This document shows positions 47,220 to 57,147 of a stretch of 64,000 bases of DNA, in pieces. Made by a program: the position numbers and the translations under genes. The DNA lies in contig DASZTF010000010.1 in the NCBI GenBank assembly GCA_035548315.1, positions 1,721 to 65,720 on the forward strand. The letters run 5' to 3'. The notes beneath the pieces are model-generated. The model had not been told where the DNA came from. It did no database searches and saw nothing but the letters and a program-made list of their open reading frames with translations. The stretch comes from Minisyncoccota bacterium. Its GTDB lineage: Bacteria; Patescibacteriota; Minisyncoccia; Phycocordibacterales; Phycocordibacteraceae. Within the stretch, counting starts at the first letter, position 1. Each line of letters starts with the position of its first letter.

Positions 47220-48827
47220 TTAGCCGCCGCATTGCGCAAGCTGCTTCAGGTAGTCGAGAAGCGTCTGCAGGTATCCCGTGCCCCCGCTCCCTCCGGTGGT
47301 GTCTCCTGACTGTATTTGCTGCGCCTCTTGGTGGGCATTCGCTATGTCGGTATTGCTTGGGGTTGCGGGGCTCGCAAGAAACGCCTGGAATTCAGTCGAA
47401 ACTTGGGTGATACTCGGCAGACTTGACGTCACGGTAGAGAGTCCGGTGCCAGCGCCTGCGAGCGCCGCCGTCGCATCATTTGAGATCTTCTGCAGTCCAG
47501 CTATCGCCGTCGCTGTCTTTGCCTGCTCGGCCTGGATCTGGGTAATGATGCCCGCGATGCCGTTCTCGGTGGTAGAGCCGGTGTTGTTACATTGTCCTGC
47601 GGCGAGTTTACCCTGCTGCGCGGCCGTGAGAACGGTGCCGAGGTCAGTCTGGTATTGCTGGAGTGATTGCAGCTCGCTGTTAATAGACGTCGCAAGCGTA
47701 GCGTTTTCGGTGGAGGTTGCTTGCGCACCCGTGATCTGGCTTGGGTCAGTCGCGCGGGCGAGATAGCCGGAAGACGAAACACCCGAGAGACCAGTGCCGC
47801 CGAGCACCTGTGACACGAGCTGCGAGAGCAGCGCACCGATCACCTCATTGAATTCATCTGCCGTGACGAGCGTGTCGCCCTGGATGCCGAGCGTCTTGTT
47901 GAGCTGTGCCTGAATTACCGAGCCCGGTGTCTGTATGGTGCCGGTAGCACCGTCCTTGGTGGTGCACGTCTGGGCAGTGGTGCCATCGAGCTGCGGGTCT
48001 ACCGCGCAGTGCCCTTCCGGGGGGTCGACACACGCAAGCGACCCGGCGCAGTCATCGTCGGTGTGGCACGAGCCGCCTTCATTTGCACCACCACCACCAC
48101 CGGTCGCGTCACCGCACCAGGAAAGGAATCCCTGGCCCCAGCTTGCCTGGGTTGTGTGCTGCGCTTGTGCCTTGTCGATCTGGGCCTGGAGCGCAGAGGC
48201 AGCGACGAGGCGCGCGCCGAGCGGATTATTCTGTGGGTACTGGCTTGCGGCATACCACGCACCCCACCCACCCTGCGAGAAATTACCTGCAAGGAATGCG
48301 CTGTCGTTGCTCGTGATTTTGTTGAGTCCATACGCGATCGATGTGAAGAAGCCCGTCTGGCTCGAGCCAAGCGCATACTGCTGCGCGGTTGCTTGTGCCA
48401 CCTGGGATTGAAATGGTGACTTGAGTGCGCTGTTGGAACTCAGCTGGCTGATGAAGCTGTGCGCGGTCACGTCCGCGACCTGGGTGAGGAATCCCTGGAA
48501 GTTCGTGATGAACGACGGTGAACCTTTGAAGCCCGAGTTGATCCAGTTCACCACACTTTTGGTCATCATCTGGATAGCTATCTTCCCGATCGTCCAGCCA
48601 AGTGTGTCGAGACTGATGCCGGTGCCGAGCGGTCCTTTGCGTGCCTGATACGCAGCCGCGAGTGTAGTATTAACCGCGAGGTTAGCCGGATCGAGCGTAA
48701 CGCTGCCCGGAAGGGTGATTACGGCGTCTACGCCAATTGCGTACGCAGGGCGCGGTGCGGTCACGATCGAGCCACCGAGCGTCGCGAGCATGAGGACGAT
48801 GAGCGTCGTGCGCGTGAAGTACGTCAT
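47220..48827 (-). CDS. Large secreted protein of the T4SS-like cluster
   Basis: Signal peptide; VNWINSGF.G.P.F, GGW..W, G.GFLS, I.TPGS.I blocks; Cys module. Confidence 0.7.
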   Translation of the reverse strand: MTYFTRTTLIVLMLATLGGSIVTAPRPAYAIGVDAVITLPGSVTLDPANLAVNTTLAAAYQARKGPLGTGISLDTLGWTIGKIAIQMMTKSVVNWINSGFKGSPSFITNFQGFLTQVADVTAHSFISQLSSNSALKSPFQSQVAQATAQQYALGSSQTGFFTSIAYGLNKITSNDSAFLAGNFSQGGWGAWYAASQYPQNNPLGARLVAASALQAQIDKAQAQHTTQASWGQGFLSWCGDATGGGGGANEGGSCHTDDDCAGSLACVDPPEGHCAVDPQLDGTTAQTCTTKDGATGTIQTPGSVIQAQLNKTLGIQGDTLVTADEFNEVIGALLSQLVSQVLGGTGLSGVSSSGYLARATDPSQITGAQATSTENATLATSINSELQSLQQYQTDLGTVLTAAQQGKLAAGQCNNTGSTTENGIAGIITQIQAEQAKTATAIAGLQKISNDATAALAGAGTGLSTVTSSLPSITQVSTEFQAFLASPATPSNTDIANAHQEAQQIQSGDTTGGSGGTGYLQTLLDYLKQLAQCGG

Positions 48828-49837
48828 GGGGTGGTAGCGGCCGCAACCTGCGCTTCAGCGACGTTTGTGAGATGGAAGAACGAGTGGCCGGGGTCCGTGT
48901 CTGTGAGTGTCACTCCGTCGGCAACAAACACCGCGTTCATTGTCTGGAGGGCGGTCGCGAGCTGCGCCGCGTCATCGGGGTACTGTTGGAGTCCGAGCAT
49001 TGCGCGGATGGGATCATTCGTCACCGATCCGAGGTCGGTAATGGTAGACCCGAGCTGCGCCATCGCATTCACCACTGCAAGGTGCGCTGCGGCTGCTTCT
49101 TCGGGCACGGGGACTTTTACTGCGGCTTGCGCGATCTTTGCATACGCAGCGCCAATTTCCTGCACATGGGCAAGTGCTGTCGAATCGTTCTTCTCCACTG
49201 CGTCGCTGAAGTAGGTCAGTTCGTCATAGGGGAGCTGCACGGTATTGCCGGCGAACGCGTTGTCCATGCCCGCTGCGTAGGCTTTGAGCACATCGGCACC
49301 CTGCCCTTTTACTATCGTGTCGCTCGTACTGTAGGCAGACGTGTGCAGGCGGCTCGCTTCAAGCTCCGTGATAGCGTCTTGAACAAACGACTGCATTTCA
49401 TCTGAGGTTGGGGGTGTTGCGCCGCGCTGATTCATGTAGGTGCTAAAGAACAGCTGGGAGAACTGATCCGTAATAGACCCAGCTGCTGCTGTAGGTCCGG
49501 GCACGGTCTGTGTTTTTGGCGTATGGGCGGTCGCCGCAGTGTTCGTATATGTCGGGGTGACGAGTCCCTGCGCCACTGCTTGGCTGTCAGTCACACTCGC
49601 ACGCACGGAGTGCGCGTTATTGGGGTCGGTGCCGTAGAGGGTTTCTTCCCAGTCGGGGAGGCCGTCGCCATCGCTGTCCTTTGCGGCGTAGGCTTTGAGG
49701 AGTTCCTGTGTCGATTCAGCGCTTGCTGGTGTGGAGAGCGAGAGGGTATGGCCTGAAAAGTAGAATGCGCCGACGATAAGCACTACCGCAACTACAAGCG
49801 ATAGTCCAATCGTCCTCGATCGTGTGTCAGGTGCCAC
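48824..49837 (-). CDS. Membrane-anchored protein with thrombospondin type-3-like Ca-binding motif
   Basis: DSDGDGLPDWEE.LYGTDP. Confidence 0.75.
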   Translation of the reverse strand: MAPDTRSRTIGLSLVVAVVLIVGAFYFSGHTLSLSTPASAESTQELLKAYAAKDSDGDGLPDWEETLYGTDPNNAHSVRASVTDSQAVAQGLVTPTYTNTAATAHTPKTQTVPGPTAAAGSITDQFSQLFFSTYMNQRGATPPTSDEMQSFVQDAITELEASRLHTSAYSTSDTIVKGQGADVLKAYAAGMDNAFAGNTVQLPYDELTYFSDAVEKNDSTALAHVQEIGAAYAKIAQAAVKVPVPEEAAAAHLAVVNAMAQLGSTITDLGSVTNDPIRAMLGLQQYPDDAAQLATALQTMNAVFVADGVTLTDTDPGHSFFHLTNVAEAQVAAATTP

Positions 49838-49883
49838 GGCGAATACGTATAAATAGTATCACGCAAGTCGCTTAACAAGCCCT

Positions 49884-50678
49884 TCATTGTGCATTACTAC
49901 GCGAGGTTAGAAGCTTTTCTGAAAACGATTGCCAGGTTTTGAGTGAAAGGTCTTCCGCCCGGGCCTTTTCGGGTATCCCCGCTGCGGCAAATGCATTCAA
50001 AATCGTTTCTCGGGTTGCAATGTCAGTGAGGTTACTTGCCAAGAGCTTGCGCTTATGTGCAAATCCGGCCCTGACGACCTTGAAAAAGTGGGTTTCCGCG
50101 TGGCGCGAGGCAAAGGGCGAGCGAATATTTCGTATAGAAATGACTGCGGAGTCCACATTCGGGGCTGGCTTGAACGCGCCGCGCGGCACCGTGAACTCGT
50201 ATTTGGGTACCCCGTACACTTTCACAGAAATCGAGAGCAAGCTTTCTTTTTTACTCCGCGCGATTCTTTCGGCAACTTCTTTTTGCACGAGCAGTGTCAT
50301 CGAGGCCGGCTTGTGGTCAGCGGTAAGGAACGTGCGGATGATCTCCCCCGTGAGGTAGTACGGAATATTTGCGACGAGCGCATAGGCGCCAGTAATAGAT
50401 GAAGGGTCGAACGCGCGGATGTCGCTCGCGATAAGTGTGAGCTTCTTTTCTTTGATCTCATGCGCGAATGTTTCTTCGAGCACATCGACTAGCTCCGTGT
50501 CAGCTTCCACGGCGATCACGTGCTTCGCGCGCGCGAGAAGTGGCTTCGTGAGGAGTCCGGTGCCCGGCCCGATTTCAAGCACGGTGTCGTGTTCCTCGAT
50601 GCCGCTAGCAAGCGCGATGCGCTCAGCCGTCTGCGCGTGCATGAGGAAGTTCTGCCCGAGCGACTTTTTAGCCTTCAT
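49884..50678 (-). CDS. rsmA: 16S rRNA m6,2A dimethyltransferase
   Basis: KKSLGQNFL, LEIGPG.G, ANIPY, QKEVAERI, P.P.VDS. Confidence 0.96.
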   Translation of the reverse strand: MKAKKSLGQNFLMHAQTAERIALASGIEEHDTVLEIGPGTGLLTKPLLARAKHVIAVEADTELVDVLEETFAHEIKEKKLTLIASDIRAFDPSSITGAYALVANIPYYLTGEIIRTFLTADHKPASMTLLVQKEVAERIARSKKESLLSISVKVYGVPKYEFTVPRGAFKPAPNVDSAVISIRNIRSPFASRHAETHFFKVVRAGFAHKRKLLASNLTDIATRETILNAFAAAGIPEKARAEDLSLKTWQSFSEKLLTSRSNAQ

Positions 50679-50680
50679 AG

Positions 50681-52612
50681 TTAGAGGTATATCGAGGGGA
50701 GCGTATCACGTTCGCTCTCCGAATACACGGCGAGCGCGTCGCCGAGATCACTGAGGAATGCTGACGGCTCCGATACATAATCGCTTCCGTAGATACGACG
50801 TATGCGCGCGAGCGTGAGGTACACACGCTTTTTTGCGCGCGTCACCGCCACGTAAAAGAGTCGCCGCTCCTCTTCTTGGTCGCGGTCTTCGTCTTCCATA
50901 CCTTCGTGCGGGAAGAGTCCTTGTTCCATACCGGTGACAAATACGGTGTCGAACTCGAGCCCTTTCGCTGCGTGCACCGTCATGAGTGTCACGCCACGCG
51001 CTTCTTTTTTGCGATCCATTTCGTCTTGATCGCTCGCGAGCGCGGCATCGGCGAGGAATGCGGAGATGCCGTCCTTGCCCGGCATTTCATCGTACCGGCT
51101 TGCGAAGGTCGCGAGCTCCTGGATATTCTCCAACCGCTCGGCGTCGTCTTCCCCGCCCTTCTTGAGCGCGTCTTCAAGGCCGCTTTTCTCGATGATGGTC
51201 TTCACGAAGGCCGAGGGGAACGCCGCCTCTGCAGTCCGAGAAAGCGAGGCAATTACTGCGTCAAATGCCTCTACCTTAGCCCGTTCCGCGGGCTTGAGCG
51301 TATCGTATTTTCCCGCGAGCACCTTGCCGAGTGTGACTTTCCCGATGCCGCGCGAGGGCGCTTGGACGGCACGAACCTTATCAGCTTCGCGCTCTGGGTC
51401 GACTGCGAGTCGCGCCCACGCGAGCACGTCTTTTACTTCTTTGCGGTCGAAGAACCGCGTACCGAGCAGTCGATACGGCAATCCTTCGTGGAGAAATGCT
51501 TCTTCGAGCGCGCGCGATTGGAAATTGGTGCGGAAGAGCACCGCCATTGTTTCCGGTGCTTCGCCTGCGCGTACGAGACGCTTCGCTTCCTGCGCAATCC
51601 ACGCTGCTTCTCCCTCCGCGGTGTCCGCAGCGTGGATGCGGATGAGTTCACCTTCTGCATTTTGCGTCACCGACTTTTTCTCTTTGCGATTTTTATTTTT
51701 CTCGATGATACGGTTCCCTGCTTCCACGATGCGCTTGGTCGAGCGGTAGTTTTCTTCGAGGATGATCGTCTTCGCATCGGGATAGGTTTCGTCGAACGTG
51801 AGCAGGTTGTCGATGGTCGCGCCACGCCACGTATAAATAGTCTGGTCGATGTCACCCACCACGAAAAGGTTGCGATGCTTTGCCGCGAGCATCGTCGCGA
51901 GCTCTCCCTGCAGTGCGTTCGTGTCTTGATATTCATCGATGTGAATGTAATCCCAGCGTTCTTGCGCATCGCGCCGTGCACTCTCGTGTTCGCGCAAGAG
52001 CTGCACCGGCTTCGTGATGAGGTCGTCGAAGTCGAGGGCTTTTTCTTTCGCGAGCACGGTGTCGTACTTCTCCCACACCTGCGCCGCCACGCGCGAGCGG
52101 AATGATTCGTGTGCGTGACGTGATTGGAATGCTTCGCGGGTGAGTCCCTCGCCCTTTGCACTACTGATACGTCCGAGTATCGCGCGCGGCGGAACTTCTT
52201 TTGGGTCGATGGCGAGTTCCTTGAGCGCTTCCTTCACTGCACGTTCGGAGTCATCACGATCAAATATGGAAAAATACCGCGGCACCCCGATGGCGCGACC
52301 ATAGGTCTCAAGGAGTTCGCGCCCGAGTCCGTGGAAGGTCGCGACGAACGGCAGCTCGCGCGAGCGGCGACCGGGCTCGTAGGAGAACCCAAGCAGTGCA
52401 GCGATACGCTCGCGCATCTCTCGGGCGGCCTTATTGGTGAAGGTCACTGCGAGTATCTTCTCGGGGAGTACGCCCTCGCGGATGAGGTGGTAGATCCGGG
52501 TGGTGAGTACCCGTGTTTTCCCTGACCCGGCTCCGGCGAGCACGGAAATCGGTCCCGAGGTCGAAAGAACAGCGTCTTTCTGCGCATGATTAAGACCATC
52601 GAGGTACGACAT
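50681..52612 (-). CDS. pcrA: UvrD/PcrA helicase
   Basis: LAGAGSGKT, TFTNKAA, DEYQDTN, VGD.DQ.IY.WRGA, HAAKGLEF, EERRLFYVA.TRA. Confidence 0.96.
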   Translation of the reverse strand: MSYLDGLNHAQKDAVLSTSGPISVLAGAGSGKTRVLTTRIYHLIREGVLPEKILAVTFTNKAAREMRERIAALLGFSYEPGRRSRELPFVATFHGLGRELLETYGRAIGVPRYFSIFDRDDSERAVKEALKELAIDPKEVPPRAILGRISSAKGEGLTREAFQSRHAHESFRSRVAAQVWEKYDTVLAKEKALDFDDLITKPVQLLREHESARRDAQERWDYIHIDEYQDTNALQGELATMLAAKHRNLFVVGDIDQTIYTWRGATIDNLLTFDETYPDAKTIILEENYRSTKRIVEAGNRIIEKNKNRKEKKSVTQNAEGELIRIHAADTAEGEAAWIAQEAKRLVRAGEAPETMAVLFRTNFQSRALEEAFLHEGLPYRLLGTRFFDRKEVKDVLAWARLAVDPEREADKVRAVQAPSRGIGKVTLGKVLAGKYDTLKPAERAKVEAFDAVIASLSRTAEAAFPSAFVKTIIEKSGLEDALKKGGEDDAERLENIQELATFASRYDEMPGKDGISAFLADAALASDQDEMDRKKEARGVTLMTVHAAKGLEFDTVFVTGMEQGLFPHEGMEDEDRDQEEERRLFYVAVTRAKKRVYLTLARIRRIYGSDYVSEPSAFLSDLGDALAVYSESERDTLPSIYL

Positions 52613-52702
52613 CGCTTCACTATACGCTATCGCTGAAAAAGCTAGCAAATAAGCCGTATTTTTATCCCTTCCCCGCCTGTCCACACGGAGTGTCCCCAGT
52701 GG

Positions 52703-52731
52703 TTGACCCGGGTCTTCATCTCCGCTACACT
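52703..52731 (+). promoter_or_regulatory. Sigma70-type promoter for the LysM-M23 gene
   Basis: TTGACC-17 nt-TACACT. Confidence 0.65.
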
Positions 52732-52896
52732 TTGAGGATTGCCTGACACGGATGCACGAAAGTGGCTTAGGTAAGCCATAGTTTACGGAAGAACGACTCT
52801 CGACCCTACCTGCGTATCAATTTTCACCCCAAACTGTTCCGCGCGACTGCAAAAGGCAGCAGCAGAACTGCATACTGGTTCGGAGGTGTTACTCTA

Positions 52897-53964
52897 GTGG
52901 CCGCGCTTGCCCTAAGCACCGTGGCTTTTGCCTTTCCTAAGCAAACCCACGCACTTTGCTTCCTCACCTGCTTTACCCCTTCTGCCGAGGCGAACTCGGG
53001 TGCGGTGGTCCCCGATAGTGGGCTCGCGCTTTTGACGGCGGCCACCAACCCTGACCCGAATCCGGCGAAGGGCGCAAGCGACCTTAACCTCACTGAGGGT
53101 TCTGCCCTTATCGCCGAGGCGGGCCCCGGCGGTTCCGCTCCGGACACCATTTCCGTACCCAAGAGCTCGAGCATTTCGAGCTACACCGTCGTCGAGGGCG
53201 ATACGCTCTCCGAGATCGCCGAGAAGTTCGGCGTTTCTACTAATACGATCCTGTGGGCGAACAACCTCACTCTCAAATCGACCATCAAGCCGGGCATGAC
53301 ACTCCTCATCCTCCCGGTCTCGGGCGTGGAGCATACGGTGCTTTCGGGGGAAACGCTCGCGTCGCTCGCGACAAAGTACCACGCTGACGCGACAGAAATT
53401 GCGACGTACAACGGTCTTGAATCGAGCGCATCGCTTACTGCGGGCACCAAGATCATCATCCCGGGCGGCGAGATCGCGTCGACAGCGTCGAGTGCAAAAT
53501 CGAGCTCGACGGTCAAGAGTAGCTCCGCGAAGTCGCCATCTACACCGAGGGGCCTCTCCGGTTCTGGTGGTAGAGACCTTTCTTCCTTCTGGACCAGTAA
53601 TCCGCTTCCTCATGCCATTCTCACGCAGGGCATCCACGACACGAACGCCGTCGACCTCGGCTCTCCGGTTGGCACGCCGATCAGCGCTATCGGCCCGGGC
53701 AAGGTCATCTTCGTCTCGCGTAACGGCAGCTACAACCACGGCTGGGGTAACGATGTGATCATCGACCACGGCAATGGCGTGCAGACGCTCTACGCGCATA
53801 TGAGCACCGTCTCCGTATCGGTGGGCCAGAGCGTTTCGGGCGGCACGGTGATCGGCGCGGTCGGTATGACGGGCGACACCACGGGCCCGCATCTCCATAT
53901 CGAAGTCCGCGGTGCCCTAAGTCCATTCGCCAAGTGCACCCTCCGTTCCCTCTGCACGCTCTAA
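52897..53964 (+). CDS. LysM-LysM-M23 peptidoglycan endopeptidase (true start may be upstream)
   Basis: Two LysM repeats; H...AVD, YAHM, TGPHLH.E. Confidence 0.92.
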   Translation: MAALALSTVAFAFPKQTHALCFLTCFTPSAEANSGAVVPDSGLALLTAATNPDPNPAKGASDLNLTEGSALIAEAGPGGSAPDTISVPKSSSISSYTVVEGDTLSEIAEKFGVSTNTILWANNLTLKSTIKPGMTLLILPVSGVEHTVLSGETLASLATKYHADATEIATYNGLESSASLTAGTKIIIPGGEIASTASSAKSSSTVKSSSAKSPSTPRGLSGSGGRDLSSFWTSNPLPHAILTQGIHDTNAVDLGSPVGTPISAIGPGKVIFVSRNGSYNHGWGNDVIIDHGNGVQTLYAHMSTVSVSVGQSVSGGTVIGAVGMTGDTTGPHLHIEVRGALSPFAKCTLRSLCTL

Positions 53965-54070
53965 TTGCGTAGGGATTTTGTTATACACACCGGCCGCGCC
54001 TGTACTAACGGAGCGCTGCTACTTTGGGTCTAGAACGTGCGACTCGCGTGCGTTTAGAAAGGGGCATACG

Positions 54071-54436
54071 ATGCGTTCTTTATCACTCGGATTGCTTTTC
54101 GCCGCTGTCGCTTTTGTTGGAGACGTGCACGCCGTTGAGCAGAAAACCATCACTGTCGTTAACGACACGCCCTACTCGATCGTCGAATTCAACGTATGGC
54201 CTGAGTCCGATGGACCGTCGTCTCAAGTCACACCCTTTACCGGCTTTCCGGATGACAACGGCATGGTGACTGGATCACTCGGCGCGCTCGAGACAGCTCG
54301 TGTGTATGTCGACAAGCGCCACTGCATGTATCTGTTTACTGGAGAAACCGATTTCGGGCGTCTGTTTACGGGAGAAATTAATACGTGTGATCCTGCAGTC
54401 ACCGGTGTCCGTCTCTCGACCACCATGTCTGCATGA
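54071..54436 (+). CDS. Small secreted beta-sandwich hypothetical protein
   Basis: Purine-rich SD-like GAAAGGGG, signal peptide, two Cys; terminator at ~54454-54488. Confidence 0.7.
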   Translation: MRSLSLGLLFAAVAFVGDVHAVEQKTITVVNDTPYSIVEFNVWPESDGPSSQVTPFTGFPDDNGMVTGSLGALETARVYVDKRHCMYLFTGETDFGRLFTGEINTCDPAVTGVRLSTTMSA

Positions 54437-54488
54437 TCTGTTGAATACGAATGGGCCGGCTTCGCACGAAGTCGGCCTCTTCTTTTTG

Positions 54489-56057
54489 CTATTCAAATCC
54501 AAACAGCCCGCGCGGGCGGTACTGGAGCGCTTCGGAGACGTGCACGGAGATAACGTCATCGGCGCCCGCGAGGTCGGCGATAGTGCGCGCGACCCGCATG
54601 ATGCGGTGGTAGGCGCGCGGGGAGAGGTCGAGCCGGTATGCGGCAGAGAGCAGCGTCTCTTTTGCTTCGGGTGTGAAGCGTGCTCGTTCGTCGAGCTCCT
54701 TGCCCGAGAGCCGGCCATTTACCGCGCCGACTTTCCCCATGCGCGCTTCTGCGCGGGCTCGCGCGGCCACGACGCGCTCGCGCACGCAGTAGGAAGCCTC
54801 GCCTTCCTTAAGACTCGCGAGCGTCTCGTGGGGGATGTGCGGCACTTCTATCCACAGGTCGAGCCGGTCCACAATCGGTCGTGAGATTTTCCGCGCCTGC
54901 TTCATCGCTTGGCGCACGGCTACGTCGCGGTCGACCGAGAGTGTGTCCGCGGGATTCATCGCCGCCACGATCATGCAGTCTGCGGGGAATGTGATGGTCG
55001 CACGTGCGCGCGATATGGTGACGTTCCTATCCTCGAGCGGTTGCCGCAGCGACTCGAGCACGCGCGATTCGAACTCTACGAACTCATCGAGGAACAGCAC
55101 GCCCTTGTGCGCGAGCGTTACTTCTCCGGCCTTGGGATACGTACCGCCGCCCACGATCGCCGTATGCGAGATCGTGTGGTGCGGCGCGCGGAACGGCGGC
55201 CAGAGTATCGCTTCCCCACCGCTCAGCGTGCCTGCGGTCGAGTGGATCGCGGTGGCCTCGAGTATTTCGTCGGGCGTGAGCGGCGGAAGTATTCCCGGGA
55301 GCGCACGAGCCAAGAGCGTCTTGCCCGTGCCCGGCGGGCCATACAGCACGAGATTATGTCGGCCGGCTGCGGCGATCTCGAGCGCACGCTTCGCGCTCTC
55401 CTGCCCTTTCACTTCTGCGAGGTCAATGGCGATGGGCGCAGTAGCACGGCGTTTCTCGGGCGTGTGCACGATAAGAATTTTCTCGCCATGTAAATGTGCG
55501 ACCACCTCACGGAGGTGTTTCGGTGCATACACCCGCATGCCTTCGGCGAGCGCGGCTTCGTCTGCATTCCCGGGCGGCACGTACACGGTATCGATGCCCG
55601 CGCGTTTCGCTGCGAGCACTTGCGGGAGTATGCCGCGGGTACTGCGCAGCGATCCATCGAGTGCGAGTTCACCGGCAAACAGCGCCGCGTCTTTCTGCTC
55701 TTCCAAATCTCCTGCCGCGATTAGGTAGCACAGTGCGAGCGGAAGATCGTAGTGTGACCCCTCTTTCTTCAGGTCTGCTGGAGAGAGCGAAAGGATGATG
55801 CGCTTGTTCTGCATCTTCGGCGACTTGAATCCTGAATGCCGTATCGCCGCGCTGATGCGGTCCCGCGCTTCCTCGACGGCCTTGTCCGCGAGTCCCACGA
55901 CCGAGAATGAATGCAGTCCGCGCGTGAGATCTGCTTCGATCGTCACGATTTCTGCAGCAGCGCCAATCGGTTGCGCAGCACGGAGCGCCGCGTAGCCGCG
56001 GGTGCTTGGATCCTGCTTCTTGGTAACCGGTGCGAGCGGTTCGGGCACTGCAGGCAA
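54489..56057 (-). CDS. comM: ComM/YifB Mg-chelatase-like AAA+ helicase
   Basis: [50 protein letters not shown]. Confidence 0.92.
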   Translation of the reverse strand: MPAVPEPLAPVTKKQDPSTRGYAALRAAQPIGAAAEIVTIEADLTRGLHSFSVVGLADKAVEEARDRISAAIRHSGFKSPKMQNKRIILSLSPADLKKEGSHYDLPLALCYLIAAGDLEEQKDAALFAGELALDGSLRSTRGILPQVLAAKRAGIDTVYVPPGNADEAALAEGMRVYAPKHLREVVAHLHGEKILIVHTPEKRRATAPIAIDLAEVKGQESAKRALEIAAAGRHNLVLYGPPGTGKTLLARALPGILPPLTPDEILEATAIHSTAGTLSGGEAILWPPFRAPHHTISHTAIVGGGTYPKAGEVTLAHKGVLFLDEFVEFESRVLESLRQPLEDRNVTISRARATITFPADCMIVAAMNPADTLSVDRDVAVRQAMKQARKISRPIVDRLDLWIEVPHIPHETLASLKEGEASYCVRERVVAARARAEARMGKVGAVNGRLSGKELDERARFTPEAKETLLSAAYRLDLSPRAYHRIMRVARTIADLAGADDVISVHVSEALQYRPRGLFGFE

Positions 56058-56117
56058 GTATATCGGTAAAACACAGCCACGCCCGCATGTGCGGGCGCGG
56101 CTGTGTTGATTACTTTG

Positions 56118-56777
56118 TTACTCCGCTTGGACAAGCGGCAGCGTTTCTTGTCCTCCTCCGAGTATGCGGTAGGCGTGCACTATCGCGAACGTAGTCACAG
56201 GGATCGTTACGAGAAGCCCCACGAGGATCGCGATCGCGCCCAGGATATTTAGAAGGACGAACGTAAGGAAGAGTCCGAGGATGCGAAGCCGGTGTCCCTT
56301 GGTGATGCGGATGCTTTCTTTAATCGCTGCTACCGAGCCGAGATTCTTCTCGATCACCACGTAGTACATGAATGCGAATGACGCGATCACGAAGAGTCCC
56401 GGGATGATGAGCAGTACAAGGCCGAGGACGACGGCGATAGTCCCGAGGATCATCACGCCGAGGTAGTGCCAGAAGCGGTCGAGACGGGGCTTGAGGTCCG
56501 CGAGAGTGACGTTGAGCGGTGCATCGTGCGCGTGCAGCGAGAAAGAGACCCCCGCCATGCTCACGAGCGCGCTGCCACCGATCATCACGACGACAGAGAC
56601 GATGCCCCCCACCACGCCGAACACATCCGGGTGCGCGCCGAGTACGTTCGCGACCCAGCGCACGATGATGTCAGCCAGAGTGACGAGGACGAACGCGCCG
56701 ATGAACAGGCCTGGTCGCGACCAGAATGTCTTCCACCCGAATCGCACGCACTCGCCGATGGTGAAAGTAGCGGGCAT
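56118..56777 (-). CDS. Integral membrane protein
   Basis: Multiple TMs; LLIIPG, ES.RITKG motif. Confidence 0.8.
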   Translation of the reverse strand: MPATFTIGECVRFGWKTFWSRPGLFIGAFVLVTLADIIVRWVANVLGAHPDVFGVVGGIVSVVVMIGGSALVSMAGVSFSLHAHDAPLNVTLADLKPRLDRFWHYLGVMILGTIAVVLGLVLLIIPGLFVIASFAFMYYVVIEKNLGSVAAIKESIRITKGHRLRILGLFLTFVLLNILGAIAILVGLLVTIPVTTFAIVHAYRILGGGQETLPLVQAE

Positions 56778-56782
56778 AGGGA

Positions 56783-57130
56783 TTACGCCATGTGCGCTTT
56801 GCACGTGCGCGCTGCGGGATCAGCATCGAGGCGGTCTTCTTCGATCGCTTCCCCACTCACTTCGCACGTGCCATAGGTGCCGTGCTCGATACGCGCGAGT
56901 GCGTCATTCACTTCCGCATAGCGCTTTTCGAGGTCGGTGAGGATGGCGTCGTTGGTGCCGAACTCTTGCTGGTTCGTCGCCTCATCATTTGGATCAGCTT
57001 CCATTTCATCGGGTGCTGCCGCCTCCCAGTCGCTTCCCTTTCCTGGATTCTTGCGGCCCACGCTCGCAAGCTCGCTTTCCAACTTCACTTTCTCCGCCGT
57101 AAGGCGCTTTTTATATTCGGTGGTTTCCAT
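56783..57130 (-). CDS. TraR/DksA-family regulator
   Basis: DPND, V.DAL.RI..GTYG.C..SGE.I...RL.A.P.A.TC..H. Confidence 0.88.
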   Translation of the reverse strand: METTEYKKRLTAEKVKLESELASVGRKNPGKGSDWEAAAPDEMEADPNDEATNQQEFGTNDAILTDLEKRYAEVNDALARIEHGTYGTCEVSGEAIEEDRLDADPAARTCKAHMA

Positions 57131-57147
57131 GCCCCGTATGGTAGCAC

